18,060 nt of DNA, taken from Amoeboradix gromovi X-113 (lineage: Eukaryota > Fungi > Sanchytriomycota). The position numbers and the translations under genes are program-made. Each line of letters begins with the position of its first letter. Position 1 is the first letter of the stretch. This document shows positions 7,706 through 17,580 of this stretch, piece after piece. Below the pieces are notes generated by a model. The model was not told the origin of the DNA and did not search any database. It saw only the letters and a list, made by a program, of their open reading frames with translations. The stretch is from the NCBI GenBank assembly GCA_018985225.1, contig JADGIF010000134.1, positions 1 to 18,060 on the forward strand. The letters are read 5' to 3'.

Positions 7706-8968
7706 ATGATCATTAGGACCATGACGACCGTAACTACAATTGAAAATGGAATCCAGGAGTCAGTGGAGAGATTGCGATACTTTTTAGCGACTGCCCCTTT
7801 GAACTGGAAAGACAATGAAACTATGAGAAGACACTTGCTACCTAACGGTGAGCATGTGAGCTGTGTATTTTGGAATGACATATTTCATATAACCGGAACT
7901 GATATTGTGCGTGTATTACTGTACAGATTCCAAGAATATGGCAGACCAGTGCGCAACTTGAAGAAGTTTGAGGAAGGTATATTTAGTGATTTGCGCAACT
8001 TGAAGTCGGGAACTGACGCATCATTAGAGGATCCTAGAAGTCCATTTTTAGAGCTGTTGTACAAGAACAACTGTATCCGAACTCAAAAGAAGCAAAAAGT
8101 ATTTTATTGGTATTCTGTTCCACATGATCGTTTATTTGTGGATGCCTTGGAAAGAGATTTGAAGAGAGAATCTTTAGGAGTTTTACCTACCACTTTGACG
8201 GCTTTAGATACTCCCCAGATTGCTAATTTACTAGCAAACAACAACGATAAAGCAGATATACAACTAAGCACTCCTCCTGTTAGTGTTCAAAACACACCAT
8301 CTTTAAAAGCAATCGAAGAATCTCGTATTCCTCAAATGGATGTTCATCCGGATCCTTATATGCTAAATCCAACAGAAGAACCCGAGAGAATAAGCACTTT
8401 AGAAAATGCACTAGCAGATCAAGGTGCAGATGTGCAGAGTACTGAGGCTGTACCAAGCAAGCCACATGAAGTAGATTTAGGTACCCCATCATTTTTGTCG
8501 TTCCATTCACCTGATACGTTGAATACATTATTGCAGCAACCAATGCCTGATGTTTACGAGAACATTTTGAACATGCAGTTTCCACAATTTGGTAATTTCG
8601 AACAGCCTCAATTCCAGCAGCAACAGCAGCAGAGTTATGAGCAGTATTTGTACATGCCACCTTTACCACCAAGTGTGCACTATCACACTTCATTAACTAA
8701 CCCATTCCAATTAAAAGCGCCTAGTTACGACGAGGATAGACAGTATGAGTGCAAATGGGATGGCTGTGGAAAGCGATTTAAAAGATTTGAGCACTTAAAA
8801 AGACACGAGAGAATTCATACCGGGGAAAAGCCATTCAACTGTCCTGTACCTGGATGCGGAAAGGCGTTCACAAGATCCGATAATCTAAATAACCATATTC
8901 GTGTTCATAAGAAACATGAAATGAGAAAGCAAATGGAGCAAGACAAGAAACAGCAGCTTACTTTTTAA
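7706..8968 (+). CDS. STE12: Ste12-like transcription factor (STE domain plus two C2H2 zinc fingers)
   Basis: [11 protein letters not shown]...[17 protein letters not shown]...[22 protein letters not shown]...[32 protein letters not shown], plus C-terminal C2H2 fingers with an HTGEKPF linker. Start ATG 7706 or 7721. Confidence 0.95.
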   Translation: MIIRTMTTVTTIENGIQESVERLRYFLATAPLNWKDNETMRRHLLPNGEHVSCVFWNDIFHITGTDIVRVLLYRFQEYGRPVRNLKKFEEGIFSDLRNLKSGTDASLEDPRSPFLELLYKNNCIRTQKKQKVFYWYSVPHDRLFVDALERDLKRESLGVLPTTLTALDTPQIANLLANNNDKADIQLSTPPVSVQNTPSLKAIEESRIPQMDVHPDPYMLNPTEEPERISTLENALADQGADVQSTEAVPSKPHEVDLGTPSFLSFHSPDTLNTLLQQPMPDVYENILNMQFPQFGNFEQPQFQQQQQQSYEQYLYMPPLPPSVHYHTSLTNPFQLKAPSYDEDRQYECKWDGCGKRFKRFEHLKRHERIHTGEKPFNCPVPGCGKAFTRSDNLNNHIRVHKKHEMRKQMEQDKKQQLTF

Positions 8969-9038
8969 CTATTGAATAAATAATATTTATATGATCTTTA
9001 AATATTCACTGTCAAGTCTCCTCATTGTAAGAGTGAAC

Positions 9039-9280
9039 TCATACTATATCAATATCATCTTTTGATAGATGATTTTGCCATTCTAGCGTTTTAAGTGTTG
9101 TTATATTACTAACAAACACATTTCTGAAATTCCGACTGATATTCTGATAAAGATCAATAGCTGAGCAGTATGATTCACATTTTCTCAACCTCTTGTTTCC
9201 CTTACACTTTACTATTGTCATCTTTTTTACATTTATAACATGCTTTGGACGTATGTTCTTCAGATGCGATAATTTCTAGT
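9039..9280 (-). pseudogene. Decayed Fanzor/TnpB-like C-terminal relic
   Basis: IIASEEHTSKACYKCKK (EEHTSKACYKC at 9229-9261), a frameshift in an A-run, then GNKRLRKCESYCSAIDLYQNISRNF (degenerate CxxC..IDRD.N..RNI). Confidence 0.65.
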
Positions 9281-9386
9281 ACCTGGCATAATAATCTACT
9301 TGAACTGGATCACATCCTGTAACGCGGTTTACCACCATTTCCTCAACAAATCTTTCTAGTAATCTGACACAGAGGGAGTCACTTCA

Positions 9387-10103
9387 ATGAAAAACAAATC
9401 AAAGCAAGTACTAAATCTTGTAGATTTATATAGGAAGAGAAAACATTTACCTATTTCAAAAGAATATAGAGAAAGTAGTCAATTTATTAAGATTGCCCAA
9501 ACTATACTTAAGAGTATTGAACAAATAACTATTTCACTGGAAAACGGACTAAACGGCAACATGAATACCAAGCAGATAGCGAACCAACTGAACGGAATAC
9601 ACGGACAAATAAACCAGTTGCAGACATTAAGCAATACGAAAGAACAGGAGAAAATAACACAACTATTGACTTCCAAGTTGACTATGCCTTCTCAAAAACT
9701 GGCCAATATATTGACAAAGCAGCAGGTGCAGCAATCTACAAAGTCAATAGCAAGGCAGAGCTATATGGACACTACGACATTTGAAGATACCACGCCGATA
9801 GACGGAGACCATGTGCAGCTATTAATGCCAGAAGAACCACAGCAAGATGAGGCAATGAACCAGATTCAAAATACTCTTCATGATTTGTCTAGTGTTTTTG
9901 GACAGCTAGGTCAACTTTTGAGCACCCAGCGTGAGCAAATCCAGAGAATCCATTCGAACATAGATGATATGGATATGAACATCGAAGGCGCACATACAGA
10001 GCTGCTAACATATATGAATTCCATATCAAGCAATAGGTCTCTGTTGTTAAAAGTATTTGGATTACTACTGTTTATCACATTAGCAGTTATTTACCTGTCA
10101 TGA
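9387..10103 (+). CDS. SED5: Syntaxin-5/Sed5 Qa-SNARE
   Basis: SNARE motif AMNQIQNTLHDLSSVFGQLGQLLSTQREQIQRI..NIDD...NIEGAHTELL.YM.SISSNR.LLLKVF followed by a C-terminal TM. Confidence 0.88.
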   Translation: MKNKSKQVLNLVDLYRKRKHLPISKEYRESSQFIKIAQTILKSIEQITISLENGLNGNMNTKQIANQLNGIHGQINQLQTLSNTKEQEKITQLLTSKLTMPSQKLANILTKQQVQQSTKSIARQSYMDTTTFEDTTPIDGDHVQLLMPEEPQQDEAMNQIQNTLHDLSSVFGQLGQLLSTQREQIQRIHSNIDDMDMNIEGAHTELLTYMNSISSNRSLLLKVFGLLLFITLAVIYLS

Positions 10104-10267
10104 GGATGGGTCTACAAAAAAGTGAATGCTAACAAAGTAAACTGAATAAACTAATTTTACACAAATTCCTTCACATCCTGAAAATAGCATTTTCAGGTTT
10201 TTACTGCCAAAACTCAGGGTTTTGTACAATCTAAGACACATAAATATGAGCGCAAAGCTTATGGGCA

Positions 10268-11653
10268 ATGATATCATTAATACTAATTGTTTCCGTTTTT
10301 GGAAAATGTTCTACTATCAAGTACAGGAAGTCCATTTTGGACATGACAGAAATGGAAATCCGAACATGGCAAAATGGACATCTTGCATTATATAAAAGCG
10401 GGAAATTGCAAGAAATGACAGCCATTCATGGAACAGCCAAAACCATCCATCAAGATGCTCATCTCTGGGCATGGCATAGAGAATTTCTGAACTGGTACGA
10501 AGAGGAATTGCTTGCTGTGGATCCCGAGGTCATTTTGCCTTACTTCCCTTGGATTTATGATGCCGAAGCTCCAGAATTATCCAAAGTATGGGAAGACGAC
10601 ATTTTAGGTAGCAGTCAAGTTACGTGGGATCCCTCAACACAAACATATCAAGCTGTTTGTATACCAAGCGGACCTTTTAAAGGATTAATTGACAACCAGG
10701 GTCTCTGTGTTCAACGGCAATTTGACAAATCTGGTAAAACAGGATACCCTCAGGATTTATTGTGGAAGATTGGAAAAGCACCAACTAACCCAGTGGATTT
10801 AAAAATCAAATTATACGGTGTGAGTTCTTATGAACAATGGATAAGCACGAGCAACCCTACCCAGTTTGTATCTCTCCTAAGCACTCCTCACTTTTTAGTT
10901 CATTTATTCGTTGGTGGTAGCCAAAGATTCTTTAAATCTAGTTGTTTTGATGGATTGTTTTGGAATCATCATACGTTTATGGATTCCGTACTCCAAGACT
11001 GGTTGGATTCGAACCCAAACATGGTTGATCAGTGGCCTGAAAGTGATTGGGTGCTAGAGCATTTCCAAATTACCACTCGCGAGGTGCTTAAGAAAGATTA
11101 TTGTGTCAGATATATTAAACCAATAAACAAGGGCTCAACGTCCCAGTTTACTAATGCGAATACTAATCAAAAGTCTCAGCAGAATGACTACAGGGTTATT
11201 CCGAGTATCCCTGAAAATAGAATCATTTCAATGGGAATGGATCCCGCGGTAGTTCAGAAGTCTTATGATGAAAATCGCAAGATTATTTTAATTACTGATA
11301 TTAAAAAAAAGTATTCTGGTCCTTCATATAAGAATGATATCCATGACACTGCAGGAATTAACACTATCATTGATGGAGTAGTTTCTGCTTTGAATCTAAA
11401 GTTAGGCGACAGTGATATTGCATTGATAAAAAACGTTGCAAAAGGATTGTCAATCGGCTCTATTGCGGGTTTCATTAAGGACTTTAGCGATGCTATAAAC
11501 GTAAGTGGCCCATCAGATTACCCAAAAGATAATTCAACAGACTCTGAAGAGTTCACTTCGGCATCTGGCATGAGGAATGACAACTTGGAAATGTCTAGTT
11601 GCAATATGTTGCAGAATGCAGCATTTATATCCGTGATCTTTTACATTTTATAA
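10268..11653 (+). CDS. Secreted or GPI-anchored tyrosinase-like (type-3 copper) protein
   Basis: N-terminal signal peptide, CuA IH..TIH....LWAWHREFL.WYE..L...ILPYFPW, CuB PH..VH.FVGG...DGLFWNHH.FMD, and a hydrophobic C-terminal tail. Confidence 0.85.
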   Translation: MISLILIVSVFGKCSTIKYRKSILDMTEMEIRTWQNGHLALYKSGKLQEMTAIHGTAKTIHQDAHLWAWHREFLNWYEEELLAVDPEVILPYFPWIYDAEAPELSKVWEDDILGSSQVTWDPSTQTYQAVCIPSGPFKGLIDNQGLCVQRQFDKSGKTGYPQDLLWKIGKAPTNPVDLKIKLYGVSSYEQWISTSNPTQFVSLLSTPHFLVHLFVGGSQRFFKSSCFDGLFWNHHTFMDSVLQDWLDSNPNMVDQWPESDWVLEHFQITTREVLKKDYCVRYIKPINKGSTSQFTNANTNQKSQQNDYRVIPSIPENRIISMGMDPAVVQKSYDENRKIILITDIKKKYSGPSYKNDIHDTAGINTIIDGVVSALNLKLGDSDIALIKNVAKGLSIGSIAGFIKDFSDAINVSGPSDYPKDNSTDSEEFTSASGMRNDNLEMSSCNMLQNAAFISVIFYIL

Positions 11654-11669
11654 ATACTAGTAATAAATT

Positions 11670-12674
11670 TTATTTACAAGTATATATTGTGTCAGTTTCA
11701 ACCTTTTTACTAACAATTACTGCGTCTTCAAACTCAAGAACCTGAAGAATTCTAACCAAGGCGGATATCGCAGTTAGTTCATATATTTCAGACTGGGATA
11801 TGCCCACATCGCCTCTTGATTTGATTACATCTATTACAACATCTTTATCTTCCTGAGAAACAGAATTTTCCACGTCTAAAATATCACCTACAATAGAGGG
11901 ACTAGGTGCACGTTTTCTAGTACCTAAATTACTGCCTGCCTCCTTGATAGATTTGCGCTCAGAGTTACGATCTGGCTCTTGCTTTAAAACAGTCTCATGA
12001 ACTTCCAGTTCAGGTTCTTCCTTGATCGCTGTTGGAACTTTATCGCTATTTCTCTTTTCGGACTTCTCGTGGAATGGATTGGATGGTGGTTTCCAGTCAT
12101 CTTCATCGTCTTCATAAATTTTTTCAACTGATTTATTTTCCATTTCCACAGCACCTGGGTCTTTAAAATCTGCAGTAGATGGTATATTAAACTCTATTTT
12201 CTCGAGTTTTATCAAGATTTTGCTCTTCAATAAACTATTACCGGGTAAATAAAGATGACAAATTATAAACACCTGTGCTATGACTGCTATGTAGAGGCCC
12301 GAATCATAAAGAGCGGCCAAGTTAGTGCTCGGTAATCCACTTATTTCATCTGTGTTGAGTATAAACTGATAAACGGTGTTGATCATTGTCCAGTTAAAAT
12401 ATTTTTTTCTTTGATCAGACCAATTAATGTAAAAAAAACCAACAGCCCACGAAAAGTTGTAAAATACTATCCACCAACGTTTAAATGGAACGAACATTGA
12501 GGTTTTGGGATCGGCAGAATACGCTGCTGCACTTGCAAGTAGTATAATGCTTGAAAGTAGCTGTATAACGACTCCACCTACAATTATGATATTGATTTTC
12601 ATAGTATACGCTGCAGGACGAATGTGGCTTTTATGTTGAAATGAAAAATTGAAACGTTCGAGGGACAAACTCAT
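11670..12674 (-). CDS. Multi-pass membrane protein (N-terminal 3-4 TM, charged cytosolic tail)
   Basis: Long ORF with hydrophobic segments followed by an acidic/basic tail. Start ATG is 12674 or 12602; the 12767 start would overlap Tim9. Confidence 0.7.
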   Translation of the reverse strand: MSLSLERFNFSFQHKSHIRPAAYTMKINIIIVGGVVIQLLSSIILLASAAAYSADPKTSMFVPFKRWWIVFYNFSWAVGFFYINWSDQRKKYFNWTMINTVYQFILNTDEISGLPSTNLAALYDSGLYIAVIAQVFIICHLYLPGNSLLKSKILIKLEKIEFNIPSTADFKDPGAVEMENKSVEKIYEDDEDDWKPPSNPFHEKSEKRNSDKVPTAIKEEPELEVHETVLKQEPDRNSERKSIKEAGSNLGTRKRAPSPSIVGDILDVENSVSQEDKDVVIDVIKSRGDVGISQSEIYELTAISALVRILQVLEFEDAVIVSKKVETDTIYTCK

Positions 12675-12678
12675 AGTT

Positions 12679-12924
12679 ATGCAGGCAGACTTACAAGAAA
12701 AGCAGATGAAGGACTTCTTCAAAATGTACGCTGATATAGTAAACACATGCTTTAGTAACTGTTGCACTACATTTTATGCACATATACTTGATCATAAAGA
12801 AGAAAAGTGTGTTTTGGATTGTGCTCAAAAGACAATGAAATCAAGTGAGAGGATAGGTATGAGATTTGCAGAAGAAAACTTAAAGGCACAGGAAAACTTC
12901 TCTGAATTGAATAAAAAAGATTAA
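12679..12924 (+). CDS. TIM9: Small Tim chaperone Tim9
   Basis: EKQMKDFFKMY..IVNTCFSNC...EEKCVLDC.QK.MK.SERIGMRFAEEN, a twin CX3C motif. Confidence 0.92.
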   Translation: MQADLQEKQMKDFFKMYADIVNTCFSNCCTTFYAHILDHKEEKCVLDCAQKTMKSSERIGMRFAEENLKAQENFSELNKKD

Positions 12925-12925
12925 T

Positions 12926-13690
12926 TTAATGATTTTTTAGCTCCGATAGTCTAGTCTCAATTTCAAAAATGCCATCTGAGTATTCGTTTTCTGTATCAAA
13001 TTTTTTAAGTTTTTCCAAGTACGACGTGGACAAAGTTAATTCAGAGTTCAAAAGATAGCAGAAGCTACTAAGATACAGCATATCCAAGTCTTCCTCAAAC
13101 TCGTATTCACAGGACTTCAATATTTCTAATGCAGTGTCGATTAAATTAAGTTCTATAGATACCTTCGCGCCTTTTATTCTCGAAGCATAGGTAGGAATAT
13201 TTTCTGCGTTATCAGTGTAAAAACTATTTATATAAAATCCCATAGCGGTAAACACTGCAGCTTTCGCCTTGTCTTTATCGCATTGGCAAAGCCTAACATC
13301 AGCCATTACAAAATACAGATCAGAGCTGTTACTTTTGATATTCAAGCATTTATCAAGATACAAATTACAATTTTCAGATGCTTTTTCGTCATCGCATAAA
13401 TCAGTCATATAAACTTCTACTATGGAAAGATATGCAGAGACAATAGTATTAGGATTGCTATCTAATTCAGCACCTCGTAAATAAAAGTTTATAGCATCTT
13501 GGCCGTTAGAAAGTTGTCCGAGAATGTAGAGAGTCACTGCTTGGGGCGGCATTACTTTACATAAATTATACGCCGACTCCAATTGACCACTTTCCATAAG
13601 TAAATGTAAATGACCTAGCATTCCGCTGTTATCCATATCCTCTATGCACTGTACTAAAGGTTTTAAAGATTGAGAATTTTCTCCTTGCAT
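12926..13690 (-). CDS. ACL4: TPR-like assembly chaperone of Rpl4 (Acl4-like)
   Basis: LYILGQLS.GQDAINFY.RG, SAY.SIVEVYMTDLC.DE.A..NC, PTYASRI..AK..IEL. Confidence 0.75.
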   Translation of the reverse strand: MQGENSQSLKPLVQCIEDMDNSGMLGHLHLLMESGQLESAYNLCKVMPPQAVTLYILGQLSNGQDAINFYLRGAELDSNPNTIVSAYLSIVEVYMTDLCDDEKASENCNLYLDKCLNIKSNSSDLYFVMADVRLCQCDKDKAKAAVFTAMGFYINSFYTDNAENIPTYASRIKGAKVSIELNLIDTALEILKSCEYEFEEDLDMLYLSSFCYLLNSELTLSTSYLEKLKKFDTENEYSDGIFEIETRLSELKNH

Positions 13691-13703
13691 AATCCTTTTT
13701 TCA

Positions 13704-14108
13704 ATGACGATGGAAATCAGTGATCAAATTTTACTGGCTGCAAGGACAGGTGACATAGATAACTTGAGAAGAAATGAATCTTATATAAAACAATGTAAAA
13801 ACATCATTCACTATGCTTGCGGAAACGGCCATAGTGAAATTGTGGAATATCTTTTAGAACTAGAAATATTTGACCCTAACGTAATGAACAATGACAAGAA
13901 CACGCCCCTGCACTGGTGTGCACTGACTAATTCTTTAGAATGTGCTAAAATCTTGCTAAGGTATGGTGGCGATCCAAGAATAACCAACAGACATGGAAAA
14001 AGTTCTATATCGATTGCATTGACTCAAGGGTACAATGATTTACTTGAAATGTTAGCAGAAAGAGCCATGGAACTTGAAGAGAATGAAGAATGCGAAGAAA
14101 ATAAGTAA
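13704..14108 (+). CDS. YAR1: Small ankyrin-repeat protein, Yar1-like (Rps3 chaperone)
   Basis: LLAARTGD, IHYACGNGHSEIVEYLL, NTPLHWCAL, GGDP.ITNRHGKS and an acidic tail. Ankyrin is certain; Yar1 orthology is inferred. Confidence 0.65.
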   Translation: MTMEISDQILLAARTGDIDNLRRNESYIKQCKNIIHYACGNGHSEIVEYLLELEIFDPNVMNNDKNTPLHWCALTNSLECAKILLRYGGDPRITNRHGKSSISIALTQGYNDLLEMLAERAMELEENEECEENK

Positions 14109-14167
14109 AGTATTACCGAATAATTTAATTATTGATGCTGATAGTAGAAAGTATTTTAAATCGGATT

Positions 14168-15148
14168 CTACTTGCTAGGAATATAAATTACGATTTTTTC
14201 AGGGTTTTTGTTTATAAGATCTATCAGTTTTTCTGTGCTATTAATTTTTGCTTTCGAAAAGCGATCTCTGAGTTCGAAGTCTTCGATTTTAAGTTTGTTT
14301 GATATTCTTTTTCTCAACGAGGAGTAAGAAATTGCGGATAAGGTGGTTCTAAATGCCAGTGAATCAACTTTCGATAATATTTGAATTTTTACGGACTTTT
14401 CTACTTCTTCGTCACCCGGTTGTTTTTTGAAAAAGTCAATTACATATTTAGAACACTTCAGATGATCTAGTTCAATGAGTTTCTTAACATATCTGTCAAT
14501 ATCTTCCAATCGTTTGTCAAGCATAAATGCTGTAAAGCTCTGAGTTGGAACTGGAAGAAGAGGTAACCTACGAGTCTCTTCGCGCTCTTGAGGAAATGCA
14601 GATTTTAACGCCAAGTGCAAATAGAAGAATTCGTCATATGGTCTGTATAATGTTAAAGGTACACCGTTAACAACCGCTTCAATAATATATTCAATTTGAT
14701 TATCTTTTAGTCTTTCATAAGAAGTAACTTTTGCAGAAGATATTGTCACATCTTGTTGCTTCTTCATTGCTTGTTCTCTTTTATTTAAATCGTTCAATGA
14801 TTTTATGCCCCTGTCTCCTTTACTTGGGAAGCTATTAGAAGGGTTGCTAACTGCATTTCGTGTAAGTAACTCCTGAATTTGATTGCTGTTGCGATATTTC
14901 CATTCTCTCAAGGTACTAAGTTGTTTTGATTTCGCCTCAGAGTCTTGAGAATTAATGGTTATATAAGTCAAAGGTACAATTCCAGTCCTTCCAGTTCTTT
15001 TATTTTTGACTAGTATCCATTCAGAGTCTGAGTCAACTTTACATAGTAGCATTAGTGTGTCTCCCTCTTTACAATCTACTTCTTGTTCTTTTTCCTTCGA
15101 AAAGTCAAAAATGCAAGTTCCACTCAAGGAGCTGTTCATGAATTCCAT
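14168..15148 (-). CDS. SH3-PX-PB1 scaffold, Bem1/Scd2-like
   Basis: SH3 (IFDF...EVDCKEGD...EWILVKN..GRTGIVPLTYI), PX (LYRPYDEFFYLHLAL...FP....LPLLP...R..DIDRYV) and a PB1-like end (VKIQI...DSLAFR). First ATG 15148. Confidence 0.8.
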   Translation of the reverse strand: MEFMNSSLSGTCIFDFSKEKEQEVDCKEGDTLMLLCKVDSDSEWILVKNKRTGRTGIVPLTYITINSQDSEAKSKQLSTLREWKYRNSNQIQELLTRNAVSNPSNSFPSKGDRGIKSLNDLNKREQAMKKQQDVTISSAKVTSYERLKDNQIEYIIEAVVNGVPLTLYRPYDEFFYLHLALKSAFPQEREETRRLPLLPVPTQSFTAFMLDKRLEDIDRYVKKLIELDHLKCSKYVIDFFKKQPGDEEVEKSVKIQILSKVDSLAFRTTLSAISYSSLRKRISNKLKIEDFELRDRFSKAKINSTEKLIDLINKNPEKIVIYIPSK

Positions 15149-15305
15149 TTGGGAAAAATTGCCTTTGCAGACTTGATGTCTCTTGAGCAATAATAAGCGC
15201 CAATCAGAGTTAGGCAAGCGAATGATATTAATTGACTTTGTAATAAATGAATACCAATCAGTAGCTAGGTGTTAAGAATATATCTGTGGTAAGAAACTTG
15301 AATAT

Positions 15306-15908
15306 TTATTCGAACAGCTTATCCATTAAGTCTTTGACAGCGGGCTGGTCTTCCAACGGCATAGCAACATCATCCTGAATAACTTTCCGTTGCTTGAACT
15401 GCTTTTTTACCTTTTCAACAGCTATTCCCTTGCTTTGTAGTCGAGATGTGATTGACTGAGTCTTTTGGCTTGATTTTATTTGGTCTGCATAAAACATGTG
15501 TTCCTTTGTAACTTTAGCTTTCAAGAGTCGTAATTTCGACTGTTTAATAGCTTTAGAGCGCGACAACTGTGTTTGTAAATGATGCCATTTAAACTTGTTT
15601 AGATATTTCACGTTCCAAATATCATCACAGTGAAACCCTTTACCGCCAACAACATTATTATTTAAAGAGAGTGCACATTCTTTGGCATCTTCGGAATTCT
15701 TGAATTCGAGCCATCCCTGCTTGTAATTTACTTTGCGTTTCTTTGTAATTACATTATCATAGGGCTCTAGATATACTCTGTTTACTTCACCGAACCTACT
15801 AAAAATGAACTTGACTTTCTCTGGCTTCATAAAAGGTGGGATTCTACTTAAATACACAATTCCGCTGTCATCCTTTGCGTGTCCTAATACTTCGAAAGCC
15901 TTTTCCAT
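15306..15908 (-). CDS. ESF2: Pre-rRNA processing factor Esf2/ABT1
   Basis: GIVYLSRIPPFMKP..V..IFSRFGEVNRVYLEP, GWLEF, ALSLNN..VGG, DDIWNVKYL.KFKWHHL. Start is probably ATG 15908. Confidence 0.92.
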   Translation of the reverse strand: MEKAFEVLGHAKDDSGIVYLSRIPPFMKPEKVKFIFSRFGEVNRVYLEPYDNVITKKRKVNYKQGWLEFKNSEDAKECALSLNNNVVGGKGFHCDDIWNVKYLNKFKWHHLQTQLSRSKAIKQSKLRLLKAKVTKEHMFYADQIKSSQKTQSITSRLQSKGIAVEKVKKQFKQRKVIQDDVAMPLEDQPAVKDLMDKLFE

Positions 15909-15948
15909 TCCGAATCTCCTTCGTAACCTCCCAATTCTTAAATCACCA

Positions 15949-17199
15949 ATGTCAAATAAAATAATAACAATCATAGGAACAACTGCTGTAGGGAAATCAA
16001 ATTTAGCAATTGAACTAGCAAATTTGTTAAATGGCGAAGTTATAAATGCTGACAGTTTACAAGTTTATAAAGATGCACCTATCTTAACAAACAAGGTGTT
16101 AATTAGAGAACCCAAGCATCATCTTATGAATTTTATTGAATGGGACAAAACTTACAGTGTGCGAGATTTCATAAGGGATGCAGATAAAATTATTTCAGAC
16201 ATATTAAATCGCGGCAAAGTTCCTATTCTCGTGGGAGGTACCAACTACTACATTGAACTTCTTTTATGGGGCAACGACTTTCATGAATATGGGTTCGACG
16301 ATGATTCTAAGCTTTACAATGACTTGGATACAAACACTTTGATCGAGAAAGTAAAACTATTTGACATGGACTATGCACTCAAAAACAGTAACAACAGACG
16401 AAGACTTGTTTATGCGATGAACATGAATGCATCTGGGCACTCTTTAAAAAATAATTTCTCAGACAGATGGAAAACTAAGTGCAGATACAACTCCTTGTTC
16501 ATCTGGTGCAGCTCCGATATGGCGGTGTTAGATCACCGGATTAATGCAAGAGTTGACAGCATGGTCAGCAATGGTCTTTTAGATGAGTTAGATTTACTCG
16601 ATCGATTTTGGAAGATTAGAAATCCGGTTTATTACAATGATGTCAAAGAGAATCAAGTAGAAGGCATATTTCAAAGTATTGGTTTTAAAGAATTTGGTTC
16701 TTATCTTAATTCTAAGAAAGAAGAGAATTTAATTGAAGCGTTGGAACTTATGAAATTAAGAACCCGACAATATGCCAGGAGACAGATTCAATGGATTAGA
16801 GCTAGGATAGTCCCTCGTTTATTCAATTCATTCCAAACATCTGATTGCCACTTATGTCTGGTTGATTGTAGTTTTGTGGAAATGTGGAAAGATACAGTAA
16901 TCCCTTCTGCGCTATATTGTGTGGAAAAGTATTTTGCAGGGGTCAAAGTTGATAGAAAAGTAGCACTGCAGCGTCAGTTTGATATGTACAAGGCATTAGG
17001 CAACATCGATTCTTCACACTTAGCTGATATACTCGATACTCACATTTCGAATATTTATCCTGATCCAATTGCATTTGAAGATCCAAACAAAAGATTCGAA
17101 TGCAAAACTTGTAATAAATATATATTTGGTTCAAGGCAATGGAAAGCCCATTTATCGAGCAAGAAGCACATTAAAGCAAAGAGTACACTCAAACCTTAA
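15949..17199 (+). CDS. MOD5: tRNA dimethylallyltransferase Mod5/TRIT1
   Basis: IIGTTAVGKS.LAI.LA...NGEVINADSLQVYK, PILVGGTNYYIE, GIFQSIGFKEF, TRQYARRQIQWI, and a C-terminal zinc finger CKTC..QWKAHLSSKKH. Confidence 0.95.
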   Translation: MSNKIITIIGTTAVGKSNLAIELANLLNGEVINADSLQVYKDAPILTNKVLIREPKHHLMNFIEWDKTYSVRDFIRDADKIISDILNRGKVPILVGGTNYYIELLLWGNDFHEYGFDDDSKLYNDLDTNTLIEKVKLFDMDYALKNSNNRRRLVYAMNMNASGHSLKNNFSDRWKTKCRYNSLFIWCSSDMAVLDHRINARVDSMVSNGLLDELDLLDRFWKIRNPVYYNDVKENQVEGIFQSIGFKEFGSYLNSKKEENLIEALELMKLRTRQYARRQIQWIRARIVPRLFNSFQTSDCHLCLVDCSFVEMWKDTVIPSALYCVEKYFAGVKVDRKVALQRQFDMYKALGNIDSSHLADILDTHISNIYPDPIAFEDPNKRFECKTCNKYIFGSRQWKAHLSSKKHIKAKSTLKP

Positions 17200-17221
17200 T
17201 AAAAAAAATTTGTTTTTTAGT

Positions 17222-17580
17222 CTTAATAAAGTCCGCATTTTTTTAGAAAACTGGCAATGCTAGTCGCTCTGCTGCAGTATTTCTCACACTTCCACAAGCT
17301 GGGCGAGGTTGAATATGGATGCATAAAATTCAATTGTATACTCCTCGCAAACATATGGCCTTTATCTACTACTAAATGACAGTTTTTGTATTTTTACTCA
17401 AATCTTCTTTTTTTATTGTTAATTACATTGTAGCATTGCTCCTTTCCTTGTACGATGATTTCATCTTTAGACCGTTTCTGAGGGTACAAGTGTATTTAAT
17501 ATCTCGTAATGATCTCTTAAGATCATGCATATTCTAGCTACGATGATTGAGCCATTTGTACTATATTAGAAAAGCTAAAT
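17222..17580 (-). pseudogene. Fanzor2/TnpB-like relic plus conserved 3' tail, copy 4
   Basis: Minus strand: VAR/M, R/LKMK, LQCN*, then KNCHLVVDKGHMFARSIQLNFMHPY (cf. DNCHLEIDRDHMAARNIYIKYMHPY). GTGGAAGTGTGAG..ACTGCAGCAGAGCGACTAGCATT matches 6774-6814; the copy ends near GGACTTTA. Confidence 0.75.

Noticed and set aside
8615-8632. CAG/CAA repeat
   Set aside because: Ordinary short polyglutamine tract in Ste12.
4211-17263. Short antisense or alternate-frame ORFs (e.g. 4510-4908, 8280-8693, 9479-9676, 11263-11475, 17069-17263)
   Set aside because: They are shadows of well-supported genes and have no recognisable motifs.
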